Source of the DNA: Setoptus koraiensis
Taxonomy: Eukaryota; Animalia; Arthropoda
Assembly: GCA_048013815.1 (NCBI GenBank)
Contig: CM106585.1
Span: forward strand, 186,001 to 250,000
DNA length: 64,000 nucleotides
Direction: 5' to 3'
Shown here one piece after another: positions 24,699-36,490 of the stretch. Every line of letters starts with the position of its first letter. Position 1 is the stretch's first letter. The position numbers and the translations under genes were made by a program. Below the pieces are notes generated by a model. The model saw only the letters and a list, made by a program, of their open reading frames with translations, was not told the DNA's origin and made no database searches.

Positions 24699-24788
24699 GT
24701 TGCGTAATGTTGCCCAGCGTTGCCTAGAGTTGCCTGGCGTTGCCTAGTGCTGGCTGGTGTTGCGTAATGTTGCGTAATGTTGCGTAAT
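24699..24788. repeat. 10-bp tandem repeats (GTTGCGTAAT x3 plus one copy, with GTTGCCTAG-like units between)
   Basis: GTTGCGTAAT occurs at 24699, 24759, 24769 and 24779. Confidence 0.85.
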
Positions 24789-25920
24789 GATGATACCTAT
24801 ACCAACAATTGTGGCAGATAATGACAGATTGCCGCTTGTTGTGCCACTGACAGACTGTCTATAGACTTGGCCGCACTGCCGGTCGGTGGCTCGCAAACGA
24901 TAAATAATGAATAATGATGATAATGACGGTTGCTTTTGTTTGCTGTTGCGCAATCACTGGCGCGCCGGTTGCCGAGGCCGCTGCCGATGCCGATGCGTCC
25001 AGTTGGCCGAACATGAGCAAACAGCAAATTGATGCCACCAATCTATCTCCATCCAACTGCAATCCACCGGCCGTCTCTGTCTTGTCGCGTCTCTGGCCTG
25101 TCGCGTCGCGTTTTTGCCGGCCACTGGCCCACTTTGGCCACATGAAGGGCCCAATTCGGCCAGCTCAATGTGACTTGCAACTTGCAAGCGAAGGCCGGAC
25201 TCTGCTCGCTACGAGCGACGGCCGGAGCCAAGTTTTTGGTGTACGCATTCGTTTATCTATAGACGATCATGTGATCACACTAATTATTCGCATTGTCGTC
25301 GTTGTGCCATCGTTGCAAATTAGCAACACTAAACAGGCCCAATTATTTATTTCGTAGCAGCAACATAATGGATGAATTCATACCGACACAATGCGTCCCG
25401 CTGGCTCCAATCAAATATGGCCAACATATCCGAGCCAACATCAAACATGAACGATATTCACAATGGTCGTTCTATCCAGTGTCAGACTGTGACAGTCAGA
25501 GAAAACTCGCCGGGACAATTGTTCTTGATAGAGCGACTTGTCACAGAGAGAGGGCGCTTCGAATAATTGAATTAAATATTGATATAAGTATCCGTTTGTC
25601 GAAACTGAAAACACATTGTCTGTCACGAACCACTGTTCGCAGTGTGCCCTTTGTGTGTCGCTGGCCATTGTTGTTGTTTTTTTTTTTCATTTGTTTGCTC
25701 GCTGTTATTTCGGGACCTTTATTGTAAACTATTATCAGCCACTATCACCTATGTGAATCAATGTGAGCAACAGCAACACCCATTCACTATTCGCAGCAGC
25801 GCCAGACAGTATCAACAGTGGATATTGTGTCATATACCTACTGTTTTCTTAGCGCTCTAATGAGCCTAATGAGTGCCGCTCGCCAGGCCAGCTTACAAAC
25901 CATCTAAATTTAAGTTAGAT

Positions 25921-26055
25921 GATCTAACAGATCTAACAGATCTAACAGATCTAATAGACCTAATAGACCTAATAGACTCAATAGATCCAATAGACCCAAT
26001 AGATTCAATAGACTCGATAGACCCGATGGACCCGATGGACCCAATTGAGCCAATC
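25921..26055. repeat. graded 9-bp tandem array, 15 units
   Basis: GATCTAACA x3, GATCTAATA, GACCTAATA x2, ... GACCCGATG x2, GACCCAATT, GAGCCAATC. Confidence 0.9.
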
Positions 26056-27134
26056 GACAACTGGCGAGCGAAATGCAAAGTTATGTAACTACTGCTTGTG
26101 TAGTTATATAACATGATATTTTACTATAAGCTGCTGCTATCCATGAGTGTTGGTGGTTGTTCTCAATGGCAATACTCTCAATGGCAATGATATCAATGTT
26201 TGCCTCGCTCTAACAACAACTCTCACAATAACAAACAAATACAACTGTATACAACGTCGCAATATTCACACAACTGACTAATGACTGATGGCTAACGACT
26301 AATGACTATTGTGCAATTCACTTGTGTGTAACTTATGACTTTTGACTTTGGCATGTTGCGCCATGCAGTCAGTTGGTTAGTTTGCATATCATCACTTGAA
26401 CAATCGTTTGCATGCATCGCATTGCAGACACACAATAGTTGCGCAGACAGCCAATAAAAGAAAAGAAAAGATTGATTGTATTATTGGCAGTGGACGGTGG
26501 CCCAATTATAAACATGTAATGATCAACTTGGCCACTTCGGCCATATTGCACCGCATATGGCCGCAATGGCCAACATAAAGCGTTGCGTTGTCTCAGAAGT
26601 GAGTGCACTTTTAAGTTGTCAGTCTCTCGCAACTACAACTCGTTGCTTACTTTGTTTATACTATTCGGCCAGCTTGTGCGCATTGTAACTGCATATAAAT
26701 ATATTATTCAGTCGTCGTCGTCGTCATCTAAAACAGACTCAAGCCTCATTATCATTAGCCGCACTACATAGCCATACCAGCTACCATGCATCACTGGCAC
26801 AGCACAACACACTGGGCTGCTACTTCCGGTCAGCTCACGACGACAACTGGCCATTACAGATCAGCTGTTGTTGTTGTCGTTGTCGTTGTTGTTGCTGTTG
26901 TCGTTGTTGTTGCTGTTGTCGTTGTCGTTGTTGTTGTTGTTGCTGTTGTGATACATGCACATCACAACTACGACAACAACATCTGGCAACGCATATCTAA
27001 CTATGCAAAGCAACGTCACTTGCTGCAAGTGAAAGCTGCCCACTGCTGACACACAAGACGCATGCTGATGATGGTGACATTACATCATTTGATAGTATGC
27101 TGGTCAGTTTCCGTTTGTGCGTCCGTTAGACACT

Positions 27135-27135
<1 letters not shown>

Positions 27136-27191
<56 letters not shown>
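27136..27191. repeat. (AC)n microsatellite
   Basis: Direct reading of the sequence. Confidence 0.95.
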
Positions 27192-27193
<2 letters not shown>

Positions 27194-27291
27194 AGAAGAA
27201 AAAAAACGTTTTCTCCTACTATTTTGGCCACCAGTTGTTGTTGATGTTGTTGCGTCATACAAAAGACCCTGGGTTAGACATAGTGACTTAC

Positions 27292-27442
27292 CATTGGTTG
27301 CAATTGATACAATGAGGCCGCTTGCTGTTGTTGCTCTTGGCCGGCGGTGGAGCACAGCTGACTAGCACTGAGCTGTTGTTGATGATGCAGTTGGTGTTGA
27401 TGATTTGCATGTTGTTGGTGCTGTTGTTGCTGCTGCTGTTGT

Positions 27443-27490
<48 letters not shown>

Positions 27491-27627
27491 GGTTGTAGAT
27501 TAGGATTGTTGTGTTGCATGAGGAGGGCATTCTTGAAGGCTAAATGGTTTCGGCCATTTATTAACAGCTGATCTTTGAGATGCTGGGGCGGATGCATGTA
27601 CTTGCAGGAGTCGCGTTGGCATCGGCC
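27292..27627 (-). CDS. mbl: muscleblind coding exon 2 (end of zinc finger 2 plus polyQ tract)
   Basis: Acceptor TTGCAG|GGC. Translates [38 protein letters not shown], then polyQ/H, to ...LQPM (112 codons). Donor ATG|GTAAGT, phase 0. [18 protein letters not shown] is diagnostic of arthropod Mbl. Confidence 0.95.
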
Positions 27628-27966
27628 CTGCAATTTTGTTGAAGACAATTCACATTTCACATTTCAAATGATATTATTTTCCAATAAACAATCGGACAAT
27701 GGACAAACAAGTGGACAAAACAGTTACAGTTGTAATTAATCATTTCTCACAACAATTCGCAGCAATCAATTATCGTTTCAATAAATTCTTTCGTCAGTAT
27801 GAACAATCATCGTTTCAATCGACAATTAAACATGATTTATTGAAACGATGATTGTTTGCCGAGACGGACGGAATCATCGATGATCGATCGCATGCAGCCA
27901 GTCGATTAATTAACTATTGACTCATTCAGTAGTTATACATGCAACGTGATGTATAGTTGAACTCAC

Positions 27967-28125
27967 CTTTATACTGTCGTAGCATGCGACAACTCGCCCG
28001 TTTGGCTGCAAATCCACGTTGGGATTTGGGTGGGCGAATTTGCATTCGTTGTCGGAACGGGTGCATTTGGAGCGTTGGAATTCGCGACAGACCTCCAATT
28101 GGAGCCACAGAGAGTCCTTGCTCAT
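27967..28125 (-). CDS. mbl: muscleblind coding exon 1 (CCCH zinc finger 1 and start of finger 2)
   Basis: Translates [53 protein letters not shown] (53 codons), matching the Mbl/MBNL N-terminus ([12 protein letters not shown]...ECKFAHP...ACYDSIK). It ends at donor AAG|GTGAGT, phase 0. A TTTACAG just upstream of the ATG may be the acceptor for a 5' UTR exon. Confidence 0.95.
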
Positions 28126-29206
28126 TTCTGTAAATCTTTGGCTGCTTGCAATTACTTCTATTACTATTTCGTGTAGAGATTCACGGATTGGTGCACTATT
28201 TAGATTTCTAATAGTAAAATTTTAATCTAATGTTTGCAACTGAGTGTCTCTGTTTTCTTGATTCTGTGTGACGCAATACTGTGGTTATTAGCGAGTTGTG
28301 TGCAACTATCGGCGCAAACCATCAACTATCGTCCTGAGACATCTATCATGAGACGAGTTTTGCAATGTGCCAACAGAGTTCATAATTGGCCTTTGTCTTG
28401 CAGTTGTTTAATGGGCGACGTTGTTTGTTTATATGTATCTGTTGTATCTGGTGTTTGTATGTGTTTGTTGGTTGCGGCTGTCAGCATCTAATGGCCGATC
28501 ATTTTGACAATGACACCAAGGTGACACTTGCACATTGTCGCTGATGAGGCTGGTGGTTATGTAATATAAATTGTAAGCCACCATTGTAATTGCATGGTGC
28601 ACACTCACTCATTACCGGGCACAATTAAGCTAGGCTCAGTGGCGAATAACGAACGGCGACGACGACCACGGACTTTTGTCAAAATCAAGTCTCAAATAAC
28701 GGATCTAATATACAAACAAACAATTGTATGCACACAATGAGCGATAAATTACTCTTTTCTGACGTTGCCTTTGTCTTTGTCTGGTATACGATATCATCAA
28801 CATGAAGCCAGCTAAATGGCCAACTATTTTTGCGATATATTATTAGTATTTTCTCCGGCAACTCGCCTTCTATTTTAACTTTGTACTCGTTTGTTATAAA
28901 TAAATAATCTCTCTCTCTCTCTCCGTCTGTCTCACTTGTATTTCAGTCGCAATGTGGGAATGTGTTCGCTTCTCTTGTTTTATGCCATTAGTTAACATTT
29001 GCAGCTCACTCATTGAGCATCGCAACACGACTGACTGATACAATTGGCGCATCCACTCAGCGCACACACACACACACCACAACTCAACAACAACAGCTAG
29101 CTTGCCAACGAACATCAACATTGCGTAATGTTGCATGTGCGCACACTCTCTCGTCTCTCTGGTCTCACTTTTAACGGACAGCTCATCGCCATCACACATG
29201 GATATC

Positions 29207-29208
<2 letters not shown>

Positions 29209-29271
<63 letters not shown>
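29209..29271. repeat. (TG)n microsatellite
   Basis: Direct reading of the sequence. Confidence 0.95.
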
Positions 29272-29274
<3 letters not shown>

Positions 29275-30755
29275 TGTAAATGCCACTATCCGAGTCCATG
29301 CATGGATGTGAATTTGCGCAAAGTGTTGTCCAAATATATTGTTGCATATACAACAATTTGTTGTACACCAACAATAACGTCACGTTATTAACGTGGTTAG
29401 CGTCCAGATCCAACTGCAATCTGTGAATATCCAGATAGACCCAACTGAAATGCACGCATATCCACAAAGATTCATGTGAACTGTCAGTGGAATAGATCGC
29501 CATGATAACTTGAATTGATTTCAGCACAAAACTTATCGCTGCATGTTGATCTACGGCTGAGTCAACTGTCAGCAGAAGTTGTCATCGGCAACTATGACCA
29601 GTGACTGCATTTGTCAGTTTGTGGATCACATGTAGTGTTGTTGTGTCTCACGTTGATAATATTTTTCGAGTGAAGTGTCAGATCAGGTCAGCAGTGGATT
29701 TCCGTGAGTGTATCTCTGTGGATATCCACGACATCCAATGCAAGACTGATTGATCTATGATGATATTCAAACACAAGTACAGATTATAGCCGAGCAATCC
29801 ATGTTGCAACGGATTACTGCCGGATATCAAGCGGATATCCACTCTCGGATAATCCAGCGCCATCCCTAATGATGAGCATGCGCTTGCCTTCATTTTCGCT
29901 TCCTTCTGGCCATTATGCACTCTTCCAAACGTTTATCCGTTTATCTAGTCACATCCAAGTGTGTCGCTGTTGGTCTTTGCAGTTGTCTGATGTTTCGATG
30001 GCGCGATCGGCCGCCAATCTGATCCCCATCTGGACCCGGAACAGACTCGGCTCTTGCAATTGCCAGTGTGCACAAACCTGAACAATTTGCGCACAATATC
30101 ACTGTGGATATTGTTAAATATCCACAGTGCCCCGAATTCAATTTAATCGCCTCTGACTGTCAGACAGTGACAAGCCTGCATTGCACAATATCCGGCGCCC
30201 GAATCACCTGAATATTGCGCAAATGAGCCTTGATTCATTGTAGTAAAGACATGTAATAATATACTCACAGCTATACTAAAAATATGATAATTGGCACAAG
30301 GCGCCCGGCTGTGCGGCACAGTGCACAGGCAGACAGGGGATGGGTGTCGGGGTGGGCAAAAGTAGTAACTTTTTGTTTATGGCATTTGGCAGAAAAACGG
30401 GCGTCCAATTGGCTTACTGACTGACTGTTTTTTAGTCGGATATTATCGTGCCAAAACTGCGTATAATGTTGCTGGCGAGCTAGCGAGTAGCGATCGGGAG
30501 AAAGGGCAACTGGCATTTAGTGGATGTTGGTGTGTGTGTCAGAGTGTGGATATGTGAGTGTTGCGAGCGTATGCGATGACAACATTAACAACATGCTCGT
30601 ATAAACATTTGATGTATCAAGTGCGATTTGCGACAGAGATAGCGAGCTAGCGAGAGCGTCTGAGCCAGTGGATAATTTCGAGTAACAAAGTCGCAATGAG
30701 TAGATGAGCCAAACAGATGAGCCCGCGATAGCCGGCCGACAAGAGCTGGCTTTTT

Positions 30756-30757
<2 letters not shown>

Positions 30758-30828
<71 letters not shown>
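30758..30828. repeat. (AC)n microsatellite
   Basis: Direct reading of the sequence. Confidence 0.95.
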
Positions 30829-30831
<3 letters not shown>

Positions 30832-30903
30832 CCACTCTTGATTGGCTAGCACCACTCCTCGTTGGCTTGTCTCGTTGGTGAGCTATGGTTGCCGTCGTTT
30901 GTG

Positions 30904-31044
30904 CAGCTAATGTTGGCTAGCTAGTGTTGGCTAGCTAGTGTCGGTTAGTTAGCGTTGGTTAGCTAGTGTCGGCCGTGCTAATGTTAGCTAGCTAATGTTG
31001 GCTAGCTAATGTTGGCAAGCTCATGTTGGCTAGCTCATGTTGGC
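30904..31044. repeat. 14-bp degenerate tandem repeat (GCTAATGTTGGCTA) ~x10
   Basis: Direct reading of the sequence. The units are diverged. Confidence 0.85.
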
Positions 31045-32004
31045 CAGGCGATTTAGGCGATGTGATTGGGATGTGATGCACACACACGCTAATAGTAGAC
31101 AGCTTACAAGTTGACTGGTGGTGAAAGACACAGAAATTAATTCCACCCAACTGTACCCGAAATGAAGCCGATGAAGCAGAGCTGATGACGTCGACACGCA
31201 ACAGAGCAGCGCGAGACCGGCTAGACTCGATTAAACGACTCGGCAACGTCGCAGCAACCCAATAGGCAATCACCGGCAACAACAGCAACAAATAATGCAA
31301 ACATCCGCCGGCTGCAACAATGACAGCCAAACCAGACGACATCTGAAGCGTACGAATCGGAGCGTCCAAAGCGCCAACAACGACAACCGCAACAACCGCG
31401 CCAACAGCAGCAACAACAGCGGCAACAACAACGCCAACAACAACAGCCACTACAACAGCGACGGCAAACAACGAGGCGACACGAAATATGCCCATTGACA
31501 TTGATGTGCTCGACGATTGTGGTCTAGCCAAATTGGCGCTGTTAAAAACAACAGCTCACTCGAATTAGACTGTCTGGCTCAATGATGCAGCCACTTGATT
31601 TAGACAGAATGTTGTCTATGCAACGACAACCAATTGCCCATTTCCAGTTGCCGGTTGCCATTTGACAGCCGCAAGTTCAACAGCCTACTGGTTCGCTCTC
31701 ACATTTTGCTCTCACAAATACACATACTTGCACTTATGAGCCAGCTACAGTGTCGCCGCCACTAATTAGCGGCCAATTAAGAGCCCTGGCTAGCCAGCGT
31801 GACTCATCGGCTGACAGTGATTGTCATAGTGCTCACAAGAGTCAACATTTGACAATCGGTGTGCAACCACCAAACGGCATCTTGCTCTATCTGTTGCATG
31901 CACCGTCGTGCCGACAACAACACCGCAGACACTTTGTTGTGCCATCTAACCATTTTGTAGCTGTCGCTCTTGTCGCTCTTGTCACTCGCAACTTGCACCA
32001 CCAC

Positions 32005-32089
32005 CCGCCACTACCCGTCGAGCCGCCACTACCCGTCGAGCCGCCACTACCCGTCGAGCCGCCACTGCCCGTCAACCCGCCACGACCCG
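32005..32089. repeat. 18-bp tandem repeat (CCGCCACTACCCGTCGAG) x3 exact plus 2 diverged
   Basis: Direct reading of the sequence. Confidence 0.9.
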
Positions 32090-33717
32090 CTTCTGCCCGT
32101 AGCTAGACGGGAAATAGCACCAGAAATACCTTGGTCTTGGGATGCTGTTTTGTGTGTCGCGCAGGGCATTCGTTTGTCGCTTGAGTAAATATATTTATAC
32201 AATATTTGACAATCATGACAACAATCATGTTGTCATGATCGCGTAAATATGGCAATGGTCGACATGTCAACTATTCACAAGTCGTAAGTTTGAGCACATT
32301 CACAGATGAATAGTAGACAGTTGGCACCTTGACACACTTCTAAGTGGCGCCCTCGAGCGGCGTTCATTGGCACCAAAAGCGACTTGACCATTGAGTTTGT
32401 TTGCCGGTCGCAATGTTCATTATGCGTGCCCTTATTTTAGTCTATAAGTTATAGAGTATAACCGATAACAACAACAACAACAACAACCATTGACTGACCG
32501 TAATTATAAACTTGCGCAGCTATTAATGGTTGTTTGCTTGGTGAGCATTTGCGCTGTTGTTGTGCAACCAGACAGGTAACTAGAGCGCTAGGAAGTGTCA
32601 GATAAACCAGACAGTGTCTTGACATTGTCTTTCTATAATGGTCTGTGTGTGTTAACTGATACAAAGATGACGACAGGTGATTAGATCGTGTCGGAACAAC
32701 AACAGTGTAACAACAATTGACAGGCAAAGAATTGTGTTTGATTGATCTCATTAGAGACGAGTCTGGCTAGAGAGTGTTGACAGCAGAAAGTAAATCTCAT
32801 ACGATCTCTGCCGGTCGTGATCGTGCTCGCTACACAACAATGCTGCGCTCACCTGAGCCAATAAACTCGGGCCAGCAAGCCATTGCATGCATGCCAGATC
32901 GACTTTTCTTCTTTCAGGCGCTTTTATCCGCTCCAATCCACTCCAGCTCGCCAGACACTTGCAACAACAACAAATAGTTGAGACACTTGTCGTTGGAAGT
33001 GGCCAACTGCAGCTCGCCCGCCATCAAACAACCGACACACGAGTCAAATAGACGCACACAGGCAAACAGTGGCCAGAGTTTTGTAAGCTGTTGTTGTTTT
33101 GGTCGTTGCTGTTTTCGTTTTCATTCTCGTTGTTGATGTTGTTGTCGGTGATGCTGTTGTTGTTGCTGTTGTTGTTGCTGTTGTTGCTGTTGCTGCTGTT
33201 GTCGGTGCTGTTGTTGTGTTTTGGCCCAGTTTAGTGGGTTGCAAAGACAAGTGAACTTAGCACATTTGACGCCTAAATCATGACTCTTCTGGCTGCACTC
33301 GCTACAACAATCCGCTACAACTAACACAACCAACTGACAAGCGTCATCCTTTGTCCGTTATCTGTCATCTCGTTTTGTGTGCTCATCATCTGTGGGCTAG
33401 CTTGATGAAGGTGAGCTTGCTTTATCGCAACATTAGCACTAGTTTAACCGTCAACCAACCAATTGGCCACAACAGCAGCCAACCAGTCATGCAACATGAA
33501 AGCTTATTATTGCCCTGATCTAATTAGTTTATGTCTATTGTTGTTGCTGTTGCCGTTATTGTAATCATTGTTCCATGGCCAGTTACCTGAGAGCTTCTCT
33601 CTCACCTGTGTTACCTGTTGCCCATTATAATTGCCTGTTGAATGTGTGTGTGTGCCGTTATAATAAACACGAATACGAACATCAGCTGTTGCTTTCGGAG
33701 TCACAACATTGACGACT

Positions 33718-33719
<2 letters not shown>

Positions 33720-33780
<61 letters not shown>
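33720..33780. repeat. (TG)n microsatellite
   Basis: Direct reading of the sequence. Confidence 0.95.
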
Positions 33781-33781
<1 letters not shown>

Positions 33782-36490
33782 GGAGCAACACAAAATTACA
33801 TCAGAACAACAATTATTCAATTGAGTTTCTTTAACGAGCGGTCTCCATAACGGTTTTTCATACCACATTCAGGGGACATTTAGAGACAACTTTTATGCAC
33901 GGCGACAGCTCTCATAACCACAACAATCATGCAATATTCGACAGGAAACGAAAACTCTCAATTACACCGTATACCACCCGTGGTCAGTTATTTCCGGTGT
34001 GCGAAGAGGCACTCAAACTTTGTGAGAAACTTTCTGAGTCTAGGACCATGTAAAAGCAAAAATAAATGATCAAAATAAATGATCACATCACCGAGAAAGA
34101 TTTTTTCGCTCGCATTTCCAATTAGTTTGGCGGTTAGTGTGGCGGCATCAAGTCTGAGTGATACTTGCACAAGTTACTATTCAATGACATAAATGCTATG
34201 CATGAATTACTTAGTATGAATCACTTCAGACTCTAAAGTTTAGAGATCCGAACAAAATTCGGGCGAAAGAGTTTTTCATTTGAGCGAATCGCGGCGCTAC
34301 TGAAAATTTGAACTCAATTTTTATTCGTCATGTCACACACATAGGACATATCCGCCAAGCCGCATACATTACTGTGGATATTATACTGTGGATATCGTAC
34401 TGTAGATGGTAGTTGCCGACAATGATGGCAGTTTCGGGTCAAATGAACTGCAATATCATCGTTCAGCTATCACAAACCTATTGTCACTGGCGAGGAGCAG
34501 CAATCATCGCGCCTAATATCGGCATGCTCAATTCTCTAAAAACTGCACCTCACCCCATTATCTCGTATCAAACGGTTAATGAGATTGGCCTTATTTTGTC
34601 ATGGTGGCACCCTCTTTCGCCTATCGTTGTCAAGCGCACTGATGACGGTTTCGCTAACAACTTTTTGCTAACAACTTTTCAATTGATCGGCTAGCGAAAT
34701 CCCGACTCGAGCAAATACAACAAGGCACAGCGTGTGCGATGTACTGGACGGTTTATTATTGTTCACCTCCAACACATTCGCATTGGATCCTGTCTTTCGT
34801 CACAAAAATAGTGCAAGCCGAAAGTAGCAAAAACCTGGCCCCATTCCGCGATCCATGATATCAATTGCCAGTATTGCTCGATTCGAGCTTTGATAACTGC
34901 AATGAACAGGAGATTGGAGCAAACTGTCACTGAATAGTGCTCCAATCTATACGATGCAATGTTTGCTCCGATAACTTAGTGATACATTTTTTGGTTGAAA
35001 TCCTCCGAAAATCTCGATTTAACCAGCGATTTTCTCGGCAATTCGCGAGTAAATCATCTCGCAAAAGCAGGCGAACCAATCATAAACCAACTAATTAGGC
35101 CAATGATCCATCGATCTCGCACCATTTGTAAGATTGATTCGATTTATTATCCAATCAAGGAACGATTTCCTCTTGGCACTCCAATGCACCAGTGCTGCCA
35201 TGCTGCGGACAATATACTGATTATTGATAGCACTGTATAAAAATGAATATAAATGTGAAATCGCATCAGTTTCCTCGTCACTGCAATTGAACTCATTTTT
35301 TTTTTGTTTTTCGCTTTGGAACTTCAGATGAAAATTGATCCGTGCCTCTTTACGTTACGGAAGAACTTTTCTCAACAATACGTGCGATTTTCCAATTATT
35401 AGATCCTCGGACTTGATAGGCCCGATGACTTGCACGTTCGGTGATCAGTATTTCAGGAAGAAAACATCAATTCTCAATAATGATTTGATGATTCCTGGAG
35501 AATTCTAGGAATAGATTCAAATTTTTTGTTTTCACCCCAAAACAAATTATCCTGCTGAATTAACGACTGTGAAAAGAAATCGCTCGAACAAACCAGCCAA
35601 GTCTTAGATGATCGGCAATCTATATTCATGTAAAGCGTTTTTTACTAATATTTCGGAGGGCTTGAGAGAACCAGGTGACAGGCAACAGAAAATTGCGCCA
35701 TAATGGTTAACTTATTTAAGTTGCAATCGAAATTAATTTGAATAAGTCACGATGTCTATTTGCTAGGTTTTCTTTTCCGTGCAAGCATCCAATGAAGTCG
35801 CCGTGCGAAAATCTTTCAAGAACTCGAGAGTTGACGAGCAATCACGGAAAAACTAATGATCGATGATCTTCATGCTCGATTCATCCACCAGTAAACTCGA
35901 GCAAATCGATCGTTAATTTTCAGTGAAATTGGCCCCTACGAGAGAAAATATAACAGTTTTTTTTATGTTCACGTTTTATGTATGACACCTCGCATCTTAT
36001 ATTGGAATGTGGATACATATAAAATCTTGAGGGTATCGGAGAGAGGGCGTGAACTCAGACAGTTGGACCTTCAAACATATCAATGCCAGTTCAAGTCTTT
36101 GTCAGTTCTGCGAATGGCAGAAGCATTCAATTATTACAAGTGATCCACTATCGAAAACTGACCGTTGCTTGGTCCTCATATACAATTTGGTGAAAATCAG
36201 TGACTACGAAAAAGGACCGTCCGACAGTTTCAGTTTTACAGCGCGTTACAAATACGCCTCCAAATCATCTCTATGATCAGTCACTTTTCATCAGTATAGT
36301 TCTCTTTAGAATTTCGGGAATTTGCCACGAACAAATGATTCTGAACCGATTTGCCCCACCGAAGTCTATCATTACCTAAATTGTATCGGTAAAATAAGAG
36401 CCAGCGGATAATATATGAACATCAGTCCCTAAATTTCTTACATTAAAAAGATTAGCTGTGTGTTAAATTGCACTAAACCCTCCGTTAACC

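Noticed and set aside
29459-34397. TGTGGATAT/ATATCCACA resembling DnaA boxes
   Set aside because: The context is clearly eukaryotic and the matches are imperfect. It is treated only as an unexplained motif cluster.
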